Shown here: piece after piece, positions 19,399 through 29,299 of the stretch
How positions within the stretch are numbered: the stretch's first letter is position 1
How the letters are laid out: each line of letters opens with the position of its first letter
Program-made: the position numbers and the translations under genes
Origin: a virus
DNA: 64,000 bases
Virus record (IMG/VR): IMGVR_UViG_3300032893_000009
Span: 54,882 to 118,881 of that record
Strand: one strand, 5' to 3'
Notes under the pieces: generated by a model
What the model was told of the DNA's origin: nothing
Seen by the model: only the letters and a program-made list of their open reading frames with translations
Databases searched by the model: none

Positions 19399-22136
19399 AG
19401 CGCTGTCTATTAGGCTTACTCTTTACGTTGCTGCTGGCACTGCCAGCATCGGCCAGCTTGACGAACGTGTACATTGCCCAGTCGTCTGCTGGTAGCGCAG
19501 ATGGCACTTCATGTGCCAATGCTTACGCTGTGACGTTCTTCAATACTTCAGGCAACTGGGGAAGTGGCTCAAGTCAGATAGGCCCCGGTACTACGGTGCA
19601 TTTGTGTGGCACGTTCACTTTCTCTGCAGGAGCTACCGCCCTGACGTTCAACGGTAGCGGCACGAGTGGCAATCCCATTACGCTGTTGTGGGAATCCGGT
19701 GCTGTGCTGCAGGCCCCATACTTTTCTGCCGCGACCTTCGGCATCAACGGCAACGGGGCATCCTATGTCGTGATCAACGGCGGGACGAATGGTGTCATTC
19801 AGAACACCGCCAACGGCACGAGCCTCACCTACCAGCAGCAGAGCACGTACATCGGCGGCTTCGGCAGCAACTTTCAGGTCGAGAATCTATCCATGCCCAA
19901 CGTCTATGTTCACACCGCCAACGATGACGGGGGCGGGGGATCATGGGGCATCGAGATTCAGGGCCAGAGCAATGTGACCATCGGTCCGGGGAACAGCTTC
20001 TCCCAGTGCGACGTGTGCATTTTTGATGACTGGACCAACGCGAACAACTCCAACCTGACGATCTATAACAATAATTTCAGCCATGCCAATCAAGATATGG
20101 AGTTCGGCTTCTACCCTGCTGGCACATTTACCAACGTCTACATCTACGGCAACACGGCGGACACTTGGAACAACTGGGACACGGCGGACGACGCATTCCA
20201 TCACAACTTCGTTCACCTGTTCACGAACCTGTCCGGCGCGAGCATCACGGGCGACATCTGGATATACAACAACGTGGCCGTGGGCAATATCGGAGCCAAC
20301 GCCACCTCGATTGTCTATCTGGAGAACAACAACGGCGGGGCGGGCGGCAGCATCGGAACAAGCTACATCTTCAATAACGTATTCTCCAAGACGAACGCGA
20401 ATGTGCCCACCTCCACCGGCATCGTCTCCATGCTGGGCTTCAACGGCGGGTATATCCTGAACAACACCATCATCGACGCGGGCGGAACGGGCTCTAATGC
20501 ATACAACTGCATAAACATTTATCAGAACGGCTGGACGGTGAAGAACAACATCGAGCTGGGATGCGGCACCTACATATGGCAGCAGGGATCGGGCATCACG
20601 GCCTCGAACAACGACTACTACGGCGCATCGGTTCCGCAGTGGATTTACATCTCCTCCTACTACAGCGCGCTCAATTCATGGCAGTCCGGCTGCGGCTGCG
20701 ACGCATCATCGATTTCATCCAATCCCAATCTGAATGGAAGCTACGTGCCGGGATCAGGCTCGCCGGTTATCGGAGCTGGTGTAAACCTGTCGAGTCTGGG
20801 CATCACCCCGCTGGACAGCGACGCAGCGGGTAACGCGCGAGGGTCCGGCGCGTGGACCATGGGAGCGTACAACAGCAGTGGCGGTGGTCCCACCTACACC
20901 TTGACGGTGACCAACACCAACGGCAGCGTCTCCGGCACTAATTGTTCGACGGGCACATATGCTTCCGGCACCGGCATAGGAGCCTGCACTGCATCCCCGA
21001 ATTCCGGGTACACCTTCAGTGGCTGGAGTGGAACGGGATCGTGTTCCGGCGCATCTGGTACAGGCACGGCAAGCTGTACGCTGACCAGCAACTCGACTCT
21101 CACTGCGACGTTCGCACCGGTCGGTTCCTATAGCCTCACGGTCACGCACACCAACGGCACAGTCAGCGGCTCCAACTGCTCGACGGGCTCATACAGCTCA
21201 GGCACCAGCATCGGCGCGTGCTCTGCGTCGCCGAATAGCGGCTATACCTTTACGGGCTGGAGTGGAACGGGGTCATGTTCAGGCACATCGGGTACGGGAA
21301 CAGCATCGTGTACCTTGAACAGTAACTCGACGCTGACCGCGACGTTCACTGCCATCGGTTCCTACAGCCTCACGGTTACGAACGCCCACGGCAGCGTGAG
21401 CGGTACAGATTGCGCGACGGGAAGCTACAGTGCCGGGTCGGCCATCGGTGCCTGTACAGCATCACCAAACACCGGCTACACCTTCACGGGCTGGAGCGGT
21501 ACAGGCTCCTGCTCCGGTGCCTCGGGGACAGGCACGGCCTCGTGTACCTTAAACAGCAACTCGACGCTGACCGCGACATTTACGATCAACACCTACACTC
21601 TGACGGTGACCGCACTCGGTGGCAGTGTGAGCGGCACCAACTGCGCGACGGGGACATACAACTACTACACGGGCATCGGGCCTTGCACAGCCACGCCGGG
21701 CGGTGGCTACACCTTTACCGGCTGGAGTGGCACGGGCTCCTGCTCTGGCGCTTCAGGAACAGGCACCGCATCCTGTACGCTGACAGCGAACTCTACTCTG
21801 GTGGCGACGTTCAGTGGCGCTGCAGCGACACCCACATTCTCGCCCGGAGGAGGCAATTACTCCAGCACCCAGACCGTGACGATCTCGGATGCTACTCCCA
21901 GCTCCACGATCTACTACACCACGGACGGCAGCACGCCGACCACGGGCTCTTTTGTATATTCCACGCCCCTCAGTATCAGTGTCACTACGACAGTGAAGGC
22001 GATTGCCACGGCCAGCGGTTACTCGAACAGTGCCGTGGGCAGCGCGACGTACAACATTGGTCCTGCTCCGCCAACGAACTTCCGCGTGGTCGGGGCTATG
22101 AAGATCAAGGGGGGATTCAAGGTGGCTCCCCACTAG
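19395..22136 (+). CDS. exported beta-helix protein with four tandem ~78-aa repeats and a C-terminal Fn3-associated/chitobiase-C-like domain
   Basis: Signal peptide LALPASA; Asn-rich parallel beta-helix region; YTLTVT...GYTFSGWSG repeats; ATPTFSP...IYYTTDGSTPT...VKAIA. Confidence 0.8.
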   Translation: MKRCLLGLLFTLLLALPASASLTNVYIAQSSAGSADGTSCANAYAVTFFNTSGNWGSGSSQIGPGTTVHLCGTFTFSAGATALTFNGSGTSGNPITLLWESGAVLQAPYFSAATFGINGNGASYVVINGGTNGVIQNTANGTSLTYQQQSTYIGGFGSNFQVENLSMPNVYVHTANDDGGGGSWGIEIQGQSNVTIGPGNSFSQCDVCIFDDWTNANNSNLTIYNNNFSHANQDMEFGFYPAGTFTNVYIYGNTADTWNNWDTADDAFHHNFVHLFTNLSGASITGDIWIYNNVAVGNIGANATSIVYLENNNGGAGGSIGTSYIFNNVFSKTNANVPTSTGIVSMLGFNGGYILNNTIIDAGGTGSNAYNCINIYQNGWTVKNNIELGCGTYIWQQGSGITASNNDYYGASVPQWIYISSYYSALNSWQSGCGCDASSISSNPNLNGSYVPGSGSPVIGAGVNLSSLGITPLDSDAAGNARGSGAWTMGAYNSSGGGPTYTLTVTNTNGSVSGTNCSTGTYASGTGIGACTASPNSGYTFSGWSGTGSCSGASGTGTASCTLTSNSTLTATFAPVGSYSLTVTHTNGTVSGSNCSTGSYSSGTSIGACSASPNSGYTFTGWSGTGSCSGTSGTGTASCTLNSNSTLTATFTAIGSYSLTVTNAHGSVSGTDCATGSYSAGSAIGACTASPNTGYTFTGWSGTGSCSGASGTGTASCTLNSNSTLTATFTINTYTLTVTALGGSVSGTNCATGTYNYYTGIGPCTATPGGGYTFTGWSGTGSCSGASGTGTASCTLTANSTLVATFSGAAATPTFSPGGGNYSSTQTVTISDATPSSTIYYTTDGSTPTTGSFVYSTPLSISVTTTVKAIATASGYSNSAVGSATYNIGPAPPTNFRVVGAMKIKGGFKVAPH
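20895..21813 (+). repeat. four tandem 231-234-bp coding repeats (InlB B-repeat-like)
   Basis: Units start at 20895, 21129, 21363 and 21594; a fifth copy lies in the next gene near 23409-23630. Confidence 0.9.
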
Positions 22137-22145
22137 GAGGTTTTT

Positions 22146-23999
22146 GTGAAGCGCATTTTCTCTACGTTCCTTACCGTTTTCCTGCCTGCTTTGCTGCTGT
22201 TAGGTCAGAGCAGTGTGACGTTGAACTGGACCGCGAGCGCCAACAGCACCCCGGGCGACCCCGGCACGGTGAACGTGTACCGTGGTGGGTCGTGCAATAG
22301 TTTCGCAAAGATAGCATCCGGGGTGGCTGCGGGTGGTCCCTATGTCGATACGACGGTGGCGGCACCGGGCTCCTATTGCTACTACGCAACCGCACTGATT
22401 GACGGCTTGGAAAGCGTGCCCTCGAATTCTGCGGCGGCGACACTCGTAGCGGGCAGCACGGTCTGCCCTTCAGTTACGGTGGGATCGCAGGTACGCGAGT
22501 TCTGCACATCCTCGGTCAGCTGGCATGCGGCGACGAGCGGTGCCAACATCGTCGTGGAGGCCATCGGTGGCGGCGGGAGCGGCAACTACGGCTACGCGGC
22601 ATATGGCTCAGGCGGCGGTGGCGGGGCATATGCGAAAGCCTCAGTGGCTTACACGTCCGGCGCTTCTGTCGCGGTGACGGTGGGAGCCGGGGGCGCAGCC
22701 AGCAGCACAGCTACAGGCAATGCGGGTGGTGCCTCGTCCTTCGGTTCGCTGGTGGTGGCCAACGGCGGGCAGGGAGCCACGAACACGGCCACAGCGGCGC
22801 TGGGAGGCTCTGGAGGCACTGGCACTACGCTCTACAATGGGGGCGCAGCGGGCACGCCAGCCCCGTACACCGCGTTTGGCGGTGGGGGTGGGGCGGCAGG
22901 CCCTAACGGCGCAGGCGCGGCTGGCGGGGCTGGAAATGCCGCTACGCAGCAGCCGGGAGCAGGCGGTGGCGGCGCATCGGGTGCCGGTGCAGCAGGCAAC
23001 GGGCCGCCCAGCAATGCGACGACCGGCGGTGCTGGCGGGGCTAATCATCTGGCATCGATAGCCGGAGGTCTGGGAGGCACGGGCACTTCTGCGGCAACCC
23101 CGGGCAGCGGCGACGTGAATGGCGCTTCGGGAGGCGGGGGTGGAGCAAATTTCACCACCAGTCCCAACGGCGGCAACGGCGGTGCCGGGCTGGAATGGGG
23201 AGGCTATGGCTCGGGTGGCGGAGGCGGTGGAGGTGGTGGCATGGGCTCCGGCTCGACGAGCAATGCCGGGAATGGGGGAACGGGTGGACTTTATGGCGGT
23301 GGCGGGGGCAGTGGCGGATACACGCCCGGTGGGACGCAGGGTAACGGCGGAGCAGGTGCGCCGGGCATCGTGGTCATCACCTACACGCCCAGCAGCGGGG
23401 GCAACAACTACACTCTGACGGTGACAGCCACCAATGGCAGCGTGAGCGGCACAAATTGTGCGACGGGAACCAGCAAATCGGGGACCAGCATAGGCCCATG
23501 CACGGCGACGCCGAACAGCGGCTACAGCTTCACCGGCTGGAGCGGCACAGGATCGTGCGCCAGCGTTTCAGGAACAGGCACCGCATCCTGCACATTGACC
23601 GGCAATTCAACTCTCACTGCGACGTTCACCCTGATCCCGGTGACAACCCTTCCCGGTGCGAGCACATGCACTGGCGGGACGCTCAGCTCGGTGACCATTC
23701 CCATCAGCGACACCAGCTGCACTTCGAGCACCTGCGGGTTCTCCATCTACCGCAATACCGGCGTATGTCCGGCGACGCTGGCCGGTTCCACAGGCTGGAC
23801 GCTGCTGGCTACTCTGCCGGGCACCTCGACCAGTTATGTGGACAGCACGGTGGTGGCCGGAAACACCTACGCCTACGATGTGGAGGCTACATCCACGACG
23901 ACGCCGACCACGTACAGCGGCCCGTCCAACTGTGTGAATGTGACTGCCGTGGCCTGCCGACCGCAGCCGCCAGTGGCGGGAATGCCGTTAGTACACTAG
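22146..23999 (+). CDS. exported protein with Fn3-like, glycine-rich and B-repeat-like domains
   Basis: Signal peptide; VTLNWTAS...YCYYATA...ESVPSN (Fn3-like); long GGxG region typical of phage tail proteins. Confidence 0.75.
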   Translation: MKRIFSTFLTVFLPALLLLGQSSVTLNWTASANSTPGDPGTVNVYRGGSCNSFAKIASGVAAGGPYVDTTVAAPGSYCYYATALIDGLESVPSNSAAATLVAGSTVCPSVTVGSQVREFCTSSVSWHAATSGANIVVEAIGGGGSGNYGYAAYGSGGGGGAYAKASVAYTSGASVAVTVGAGGAASSTATGNAGGASSFGSLVVANGGQGATNTATAALGGSGGTGTTLYNGGAAGTPAPYTAFGGGGGAAGPNGAGAAGGAGNAATQQPGAGGGGASGAGAAGNGPPSNATTGGAGGANHLASIAGGLGGTGTSAATPGSGDVNGASGGGGGANFTTSPNGGNGGAGLEWGGYGSGGGGGGGGGMGSGSTSNAGNGGTGGLYGGGGGSGGYTPGGTQGNGGAGAPGIVVITYTPSSGGNNYTLTVTATNGSVSGTNCATGTSKSGTSIGPCTATPNSGYSFTGWSGTGSCASVSGTGTASCTLTGNSTLTATFTLIPVTTLPGASTCTGGTLSSVTIPISDTSCTSSTCGFSIYRNTGVCPATLAGSTGWTLLATLPGTSTSYVDSTVVAGNTYAYDVEATSTTTPTTYSGPSNCVNVTAVACRPQPPVAGMPLVH

Positions 24000-24084
24000 G
24001 AGGAGCAAGCGATAATGCAGCAGAGGCACGAACAGATCAACTTGGAGAAGGCCCGCTAGAGCGGCGTAATGCAGGAGGTGGCCC

Positions 24085-24495
24085 TTGGATCCCAAGACAA
24101 CTGAGGAGCGCTTGACCGCAGTGGAGATCAAACAGCAGCAGATAGCCAACGTGGTGATACCCGCTGTCGGTCAGGCGCTGACGGAGAGATTGGCGCGTAT
24201 CGAGAACCGCTCCGAACCCAACTTTTTCGAGAAGCAGCTGTTGGACGGACAGAAGGAGATACGTCAGGAACTGAGCACCATGCGCACCGTGCTGACCGAG
24301 GTGAAGGCCGCCTGTCACTTGAACTGCGGCGACGGGGGACGGGTGGACAGGGTGATCAGCGATGTGGATGCACTGAACGCCAAGGTGGACGACATATCCG
24401 CCGACAACAACAAGGCCAAGGGCATAGGGGTCGCTGTTTTATTCATCGGCGGCCTGCTTCAGGGAGTCGTGGACTGGGTTTTGATGAGGCACTAA
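24085..24495 (+). CDS. coiled-coil protein with C-terminal transmembrane helix (holin-like)
   Basis: GGAGGT RBS; KAKGIGVAVLFIGGLLQGVVDWVL C-terminus. Confidence 0.55.
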   Translation: MDPKTTEERLTAVEIKQQQIANVVIPAVGQALTERLARIENRSEPNFFEKQLLDGQKEIRQELSTMRTVLTEVKAACHLNCGDGGRVDRVISDVDALNAKVDDISADNNKAKGIGVAVLFIGGLLQGVVDWVLMRH

Positions 24496-25187
24496 TGCAC
24501 CGACACATCCATGCCGATGACGCAGATGAACAAAGAAGACGCAGGTTGAAGAGGCGTGCGCTGGCAACCATCCTGCTCATGTCCCCGTGGAAGAGCCTGC
24601 GCCTGCACATCGGCATGGCGACGCACGATCTCAACGATTACTTCGATTCCATCGATTCGGTGCTTGATTACAAGGTGATGAAGGACGCCATGAGCCTGCC
24701 CGGATTGAAGCAGAAACTGAACAACTCCATCAGCAAGCTGGTGCAGGCGGCATTGATCAGGGGCTACGACGACGGAGGATCATTGGTGGGAAGGAAGGCG
24801 GGCAGCTTCTACATCGCCGACGCCAAGGCCCGGGCATCATATCGAGCGCAGGAGATCAGCGACCAGATGAACCTGACGACCAAGAAGTGGCTGGCCGCTG
24901 ATCCCCACAACGAATTCGCACTGAGCGGACAGAGAGCGGAAAGGGCGGCAAGGTACGAGGCCGCAAGGGGCTACTATCAGGGAATGATGGACGCCACCAT
25001 GGGCGAGGGACTGCTGAAGAGCTGGGTGTGTCTGGGCGACGATCCTTGCGAGGATTGCCTAGCCAACGAGGAGGACAGCCCGATTGCCATGGAAGAGGTG
25101 TTCCAGAGCGGAGACTATGCGCCGCTGGCCCACTTGAGCTGCAACTGCGTGATCGATCTGTCACGCCCCGAGGAGGACGCACTGTGA
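24495..25187 (+). CDS. head morphogenesis protein (Mu gpF / SPP1 gp7-like)
   Basis: RAERAARYE, KSW...DDPCEDC..NE and PLAHLSCNC C-terminal motifs. Confidence 0.8.
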   Translation: MHRHIHADDADEQRRRRLKRRALATILLMSPWKSLRLHIGMATHDLNDYFDSIDSVLDYKVMKDAMSLPGLKQKLNNSISKLVQAALIRGYDDGGSLVGRKAGSFYIADAKARASYRAQEISDQMNLTTKKWLAADPHNEFALSGQRAERAARYEAARGYYQGMMDATMGEGLLKSWVCLGDDPCEDCLANEEDSPIAMEEVFQSGDYAPLAHLSCNCVIDLSRPEEDAL

Positions 25188-25792
25188 ACATCAGAGAGCT
25201 TATTGCTGCAGGCACCAGCGAAGGCGCGAAGAAGGGCTGGGATACACGAGGACGTGGCCGGGCCGATGACCAGATGCAGCACATCAAGGACCTCTACCGC
25301 GAGGGACAGGGTGCCAACTACCCGGTGGACCCGCGCTACAAGCAGCGCTACCGCGACGAAGGTGACAAGGGCAGGACCGAGCAGAAGGCCATGAACAAGG
25401 CGCTGGCTATTGCAGGCTGGCGCGAGGCCACAGTGAAGGACATGGGCAATCCCCTCTACTCGAAGTTCATGCAGGACGCCACGGAACGCAATGCCGATCC
25501 CGGGCAGGCACTGGAATACGGCCTCAGCCCCCATGAGGTGGTGTTCGTGAACGATGCCCGGCCCAATGAGCTTATTACGACGGACAGAAGCGGCACCGGA
25601 GCGGGCAACGAGAACTGGAATCACTTCCGGGTGTATCAGCAGGGCGAAGCAGCGAATCCCAACATGCAGCACACCCCGATTTATCAGGTGAAGAGCGGCA
25701 GCGGCGTGCACCAGCTGGCCGAGCATCTGCGTGGAGGAGCGCCGCCCCCGGCGATGCGTTTTTCGGCGGACGTAAACAGGAGGAAGAAATGA
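25184..25792 (+). CDS. hypothetical protein (possible internal head protein)
   Basis: GTGA overlap and GAGGAGG RBS; N-terminus NIRELIAAGTSEGAKKGW. Confidence 0.65.
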   Translation: MNIRELIAAGTSEGAKKGWDTRGRGRADDQMQHIKDLYREGQGANYPVDPRYKQRYRDEGDKGRTEQKAMNKALAIAGWREATVKDMGNPLYSKFMQDATERNADPGQALEYGLSPHEVVFVNDARPNELITTDRSGTGAGNENWNHFRVYQQGEAANPNMQHTPIYQVKSGSGVHQLAEHLRGGAPPPAMRFSADVNRRKK

Positions 25793-26259
25793 GAATCAGG
25801 GACCTGATCGAGATCAACGCCTACGGAACCAAGGCGGGATACAAGGCGGCGCAGAAGACCAAGACCGACGGGCCTACTGACCACATGGCCGAGTATCACC
25901 GCCTGATGCAGGAATCGGCTGCCCATCAGCGCGCCGCCGACGCCTTGAACCAGAGCCATGAGGACGCGGATTACCCGCTTTACAAGCAGCATGCCAAGAA
26001 GGCGTGGAAGCTGGGCAATCAGGCCATGGAGCACTTCGGCAAGCTGACCAAGGAACAGCGCTCCATGATGGAAGACCAGCACTGGCAGCAGTCAGGCCAG
26101 CAGGTGCAGCAGCAACAGCAGCAGGGATTCGGACGTCAGCGCCAGCAGGGTTTTGGCAGGCAGCAGCAACAGGGCGGGAACAAGCAGTACATCCAGTCCA
26201 TCGCCGCCTATGCCACCACCCGGGGCATCGAGGCGGCGTGGTCCAAAGCCAAGAGGTGA
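25789..26259 (+). CDS. hypothetical Gln-rich protein (possible internal head protein)
   Basis: AGGAGG RBS; N-terminus RIRDLIEINAYGTKAG. Confidence 0.65.
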   Translation: MRIRDLIEINAYGTKAGYKAAQKTKTDGPTDHMAEYHRLMQESAAHQRAADALNQSHEDADYPLYKQHAKKAWKLGNQAMEHFGKLTKEQRSMMEDQHWQQSGQQVQQQQQQGFGRQRQQGFGRQQQQGGNKQYIQSIAAYATTRGIEAAWSKAKR

Positions 26260-26262
26260 GCT

Positions 26263-26814
26263 GTGGCAAACTTCGACGTGGCATTCAATTGGATGATGGA
26301 CAACGAGGACCAGCCGCGCAGCTACGCCCTCGTGCCCGATCCGGTGCCGGTGCGGCCCAGTGATTCTGCGGACGTGGCTGCCGCCAAGCGTGCGGCCTAC
26401 GCCGTCAGCGGCATCAACTCGTTCTGGCACACGAATCAGTACATGGCCATCAGCCGGTTGCCGCAGGAGCAGCGTGGCCCGGCGGTCGAGTCCGCCTACC
26501 AGACAGACTTCTGGAATCAGTGGATGGCGGGCTGTGATTCTGACGAGGTGGTCAAGCGGGTGCTCGATTGCGAGGTCAACAACGGACCCGGTACCGGCGT
26601 GAAGCTGCTGCAGGAATCCATCAACGCCATCACCGGAATCGACATGACTGTGGACGGGGCATGGGGTCCGAACACCATGGCCGCCACCAACAACTGCAAC
26701 GAGGCGATGCTGGTGTCCCAGTTCAAGCGTCAGCGCGCCGCACTGTATCAGGGCATTTACAAGGAAGACCCCAGCGTTCCGATCAAAGCGTGGCTGGCCA
26801 GAGCAGCGAAGTGA
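26263..26814 (+). CDS. putative endolysin (glycoside hydrolase 108-like with peptidoglycan-binding region)
   Basis: ANFDVAFNWMMDNED, SGINS, Y...FW, D..VNNGPG..VKLLQ, VDGAWGPNT and WLARA. Confidence 0.75.
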   Translation: MANFDVAFNWMMDNEDQPRSYALVPDPVPVRPSDSADVAAAKRAAYAVSGINSFWHTNQYMAISRLPQEQRGPAVESAYQTDFWNQWMAGCDSDEVVKRVLDCEVNNGPGTGVKLLQESINAITGIDMTVDGAWGPNTMAATNNCNEAMLVSQFKRQRAALYQGIYKEDPSVPIKAWLARAAK

Positions 26815-26821
26815 GGTGGAG

Positions 26822-27055
26822 ATGAAGCCGCAGATGATCAACGGGTTTCCGCGACGTGCAATGATCGAGAAGATGACCCCCATGGAGCGCCGCCTGCGTG
26901 ATGACATGATCATGGTGGAAGCGCTGGGCGCACATCCCCGGCTGACCGACGCGGTGGTGCTGCTGGAGTCGGCCCGCGAGGCGGTGGCGGACTGGGTGGA
27001 GGAAAGCGGCTACACGGAAAGAGTGGGCGTGGGAAGAAAAGTTGAATTACTATGA
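26822..27055 (+). CDS. hypothetical protein
   Basis: GAGGTGG RBS; VEALGAHPRLTDAVVLL. Confidence 0.6.
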   Translation: MKPQMINGFPRRAMIEKMTPMERRLRDDMIMVEALGAHPRLTDAVVLLESAREAVADWVEESGYTERVGVGRKVELL

Positions 27056-27132
27056 CAAGGCGATGATTGAAGCCGTATGCTGAGTTGGGAAACAACCGGA
27101 ATGCCCGGGACAGAAACTTTGAGGAGTGCATC

Positions 27133-28341
27133 ATGCGAATTTCCCTGTTAGGAGAGGACCTTGCCAAGCTGGTGGCCGCTGGAGACGGCTCCATGGGGCG
27201 TTTCAAGACCGGGCGTAGATATGATCTGGTGTGCGTTCATCTGCTGCGCGTGGGTTGCCCCCGTGAGCTGACTGCGGCCAAGGAAAACAAGCTCAACATG
27301 CCGGTGGTGGTCGAGAAGAACCGACGTCATCTGGGTGAGCTTGCGGCCACGAAATACTACCCCGAGGCGGTGGTGGTGTGCGGGGAATATCGCCGCGCGC
27401 AGCTGCTGGCTCAAGGCATTCTCGACGAGTACGGCTGGGTGGAGCGGGGAGCGCTGGAGGTGCAGGATGCCGACGTGATCAGTGCGGGAGAGCTGACCGG
27501 CACGCTGCAGCGCCTGATACAGGAACGTCACTGCGGCCCGCGCGTGATGATGGGCCAAGCCTACCCCATCCTCACCGAAGTCCATCCCTATCACAACGCC
27601 TGCACCTATGAGCTGGGCGGCAGGAAGTTCCGCCAGAACTACTCGCTCAACGGCGACGTGAGCCTGAGCGGAATGCCGCTGAAGATCAACGCCAGTTGCC
27701 CGGGCATGGACCGCCCCCAGACCGGCGGCCACTTCACGAGCAGGCCGATGCCGCTGGCCAGCAATCAGGTATCGCAGTTCCCGGCAGCCAGCGCCGATCT
27801 GGTGCGCATGATGATCCGTGACGTGTCCAGCGAGACCAACGTGGTGGACAAGATGCTGAGCGCCATGCGGACGGGATTGTACAAGCCTCTCAAGCCCGAC
27901 TTCGCGCCGGTCAACCTGTCCGACGACGGCAAGATTCTCGGGCCGCTGGTTTCAGCAGGCATAGCCCCGGCGGACTTTGTGGTGTGGGCGGACAAGTACA
28001 TGGAGAGCCGCGAATTCTCCGATACGCGACGCAAGAAGCTGGCCAAGAGCGGAGCAGCGATGCCCCACGGCGGATTCCCCATCGTCAACCGTGAGGATTT
28101 GTCCAACGCCAAGCGTGCCATCGGACGCGCCAAGAACCGCGCCGCCACCATCGCCCACATCAACAAGCGGGCCAAGGCGCTGGGCGCGCCGGGATTCGGT
28201 GCAGAGGCGGACATGGGCTCGATGCCTTCCGAGGACGAGGTGAAGGCGCTGGGCATCGGCTTCCATCACAAGATGGGGCACAGATCGATGACCAAGATGC
28301 ACGACGTGGGCGGGCCTAAGAAAGTGCATTTCAAGGTGTGA
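27133..28341 (+). CDS. hypothetical head-associated protein
   Basis: GAGGAG RBS; contains RKKLAKSGAAMPHGGFPIVNREDLSNAKRAIGRA, a module recurrent in phage head/protease proteins. Confidence 0.6.
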   Translation: MRISLLGEDLAKLVAAGDGSMGRFKTGRRYDLVCVHLLRVGCPRELTAAKENKLNMPVVVEKNRRHLGELAATKYYPEAVVVCGEYRRAQLLAQGILDEYGWVERGALEVQDADVISAGELTGTLQRLIQERHCGPRVMMGQAYPILTEVHPYHNACTYELGGRKFRQNYSLNGDVSLSGMPLKINASCPGMDRPQTGGHFTSRPMPLASNQVSQFPAASADLVRMMIRDVSSETNVVDKMLSAMRTGLYKPLKPDFAPVNLSDDGKILGPLVSAGIAPADFVVWADKYMESREFSDTRRKKLAKSGAAMPHGGFPIVNREDLSNAKRAIGRAKNRAATIAHINKRAKALGAPGFGAEADMGSMPSEDEVKALGIGFHHKMGHRSMTKMHDVGGPKKVHFKV

Positions 28342-28763
28342 TCATGGACTGGCGATTGTGGGCTGGATTGTTCGGAGTCGGTTTGCAGGTTTTCGCAGTG
28401 GTGCTCTGGTCACAGGCGCTGATCATCCCTCCTGCACACACTTTTGTGTGGATTGCGGGCCAGCGTTACGACGTGAGAATCAGCGACCAGCTGGAAGGCC
28501 CGGTGTCCAAGGGCGGCATTCTCAACCTCGAACTGATCGACGGCTACTCCAGATGTTCGGTGGCGGGCACCCCCGGGGCTATCGGCGTGAACAGCACAGT
28601 CATGCCGGTAACGCAGGCCAAGGTGCTGATCCACGAAGTGATTCACATCGCGCAGAGCTGCGACAAGCGCAACCTGCCACTGGATGAGAAGATCGCCGAG
28701 GACGTGAGCGATCTGTTCAACAGCCCGCTGGGACCGTTCGTGATCAAGGAGCTTACGCCATGA
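28338..28763 (+). CDS. membrane-anchored HExxH metallopeptidase-like protein
   Basis: N-terminal hydrophobic helix; LIHEVIH..., downstream E. Confidence 0.6.
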   Translation: MIMDWRLWAGLFGVGLQVFAVVLWSQALIIPPAHTFVWIAGQRYDVRISDQLEGPVSKGGILNLELIDGYSRCSVAGTPGAIGVNSTVMPVTQAKVLIHEVIHIAQSCDKRNLPLDEKIAEDVSDLFNSPLGPFVIKELTP

Positions 28764-28975
28764 AGCTACGGGATGCGATAACCGTGATGGAGCTGATTGA
28801 GACGCTGGAAAAGTATCCTCCTGAGATGCCTGTGACAGTGGACATACTTACACCTGTGCGCGGGGGATACCACGGCGAGCGTGCCCGTTTTCTCCTCTAT
28901 GATCTGCAACCGACCCCGGACGGGCCGCCGGGCCGTATTGTCTTCGGTGTGGGCGTGGGCCTGCAGGACATCTGA
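28760..28975 (+). CDS. hypothetical protein
   Basis: ATGA overlap; TVMELIETLEKYPPEMPV. Confidence 0.6.
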   Translation: MKLRDAITVMELIETLEKYPPEMPVTVDILTPVRGGYHGERARFLLYDLQPTPDGPPGRIVFGVGVGLQDI

Positions 28976-28978
28976 AAT

Positions 28979-29299
28979 GTGAGGATTGCTGTGAACATCC
29001 GCGACTACATCGAGATCATGGCCGACTACAGCAGCGAGCACTACGAGACGTTTCAGGCTCCTACGCCCATTCCCCACACGCACCCGCCGTACTTGAAGAA
29101 CCCCCAGAAAACCAAGCTGCAGGACACGATGCAGGACGGCTGGCGCAGGAAGGACTCGAAGCGCAAGAAGAAGCAGGCGCGGCGGGACATGAAGCAGACG
29201 CTGCGCAAGACCCTCAATCAGGGCAGGCCAACGATGGTGCGCCATGCCCATGGCGGCGATCCCAATCTCTGGGCACCGTCTCAAATAGCGGATTTATGA
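28979..29299 (+). CDS. basic hypothetical protein
   Basis: NIRDYIEIMA N-terminal motif shared with 25184 and 25789. Confidence 0.55.
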   Translation: MRIAVNIRDYIEIMADYSSEHYETFQAPTPIPHTHPPYLKNPQKTKLQDTMQDGWRRKDSKRKKKQARRDMKQTLRKTLNQGRPTMVRHAHGGDPNLWAPSQIADL

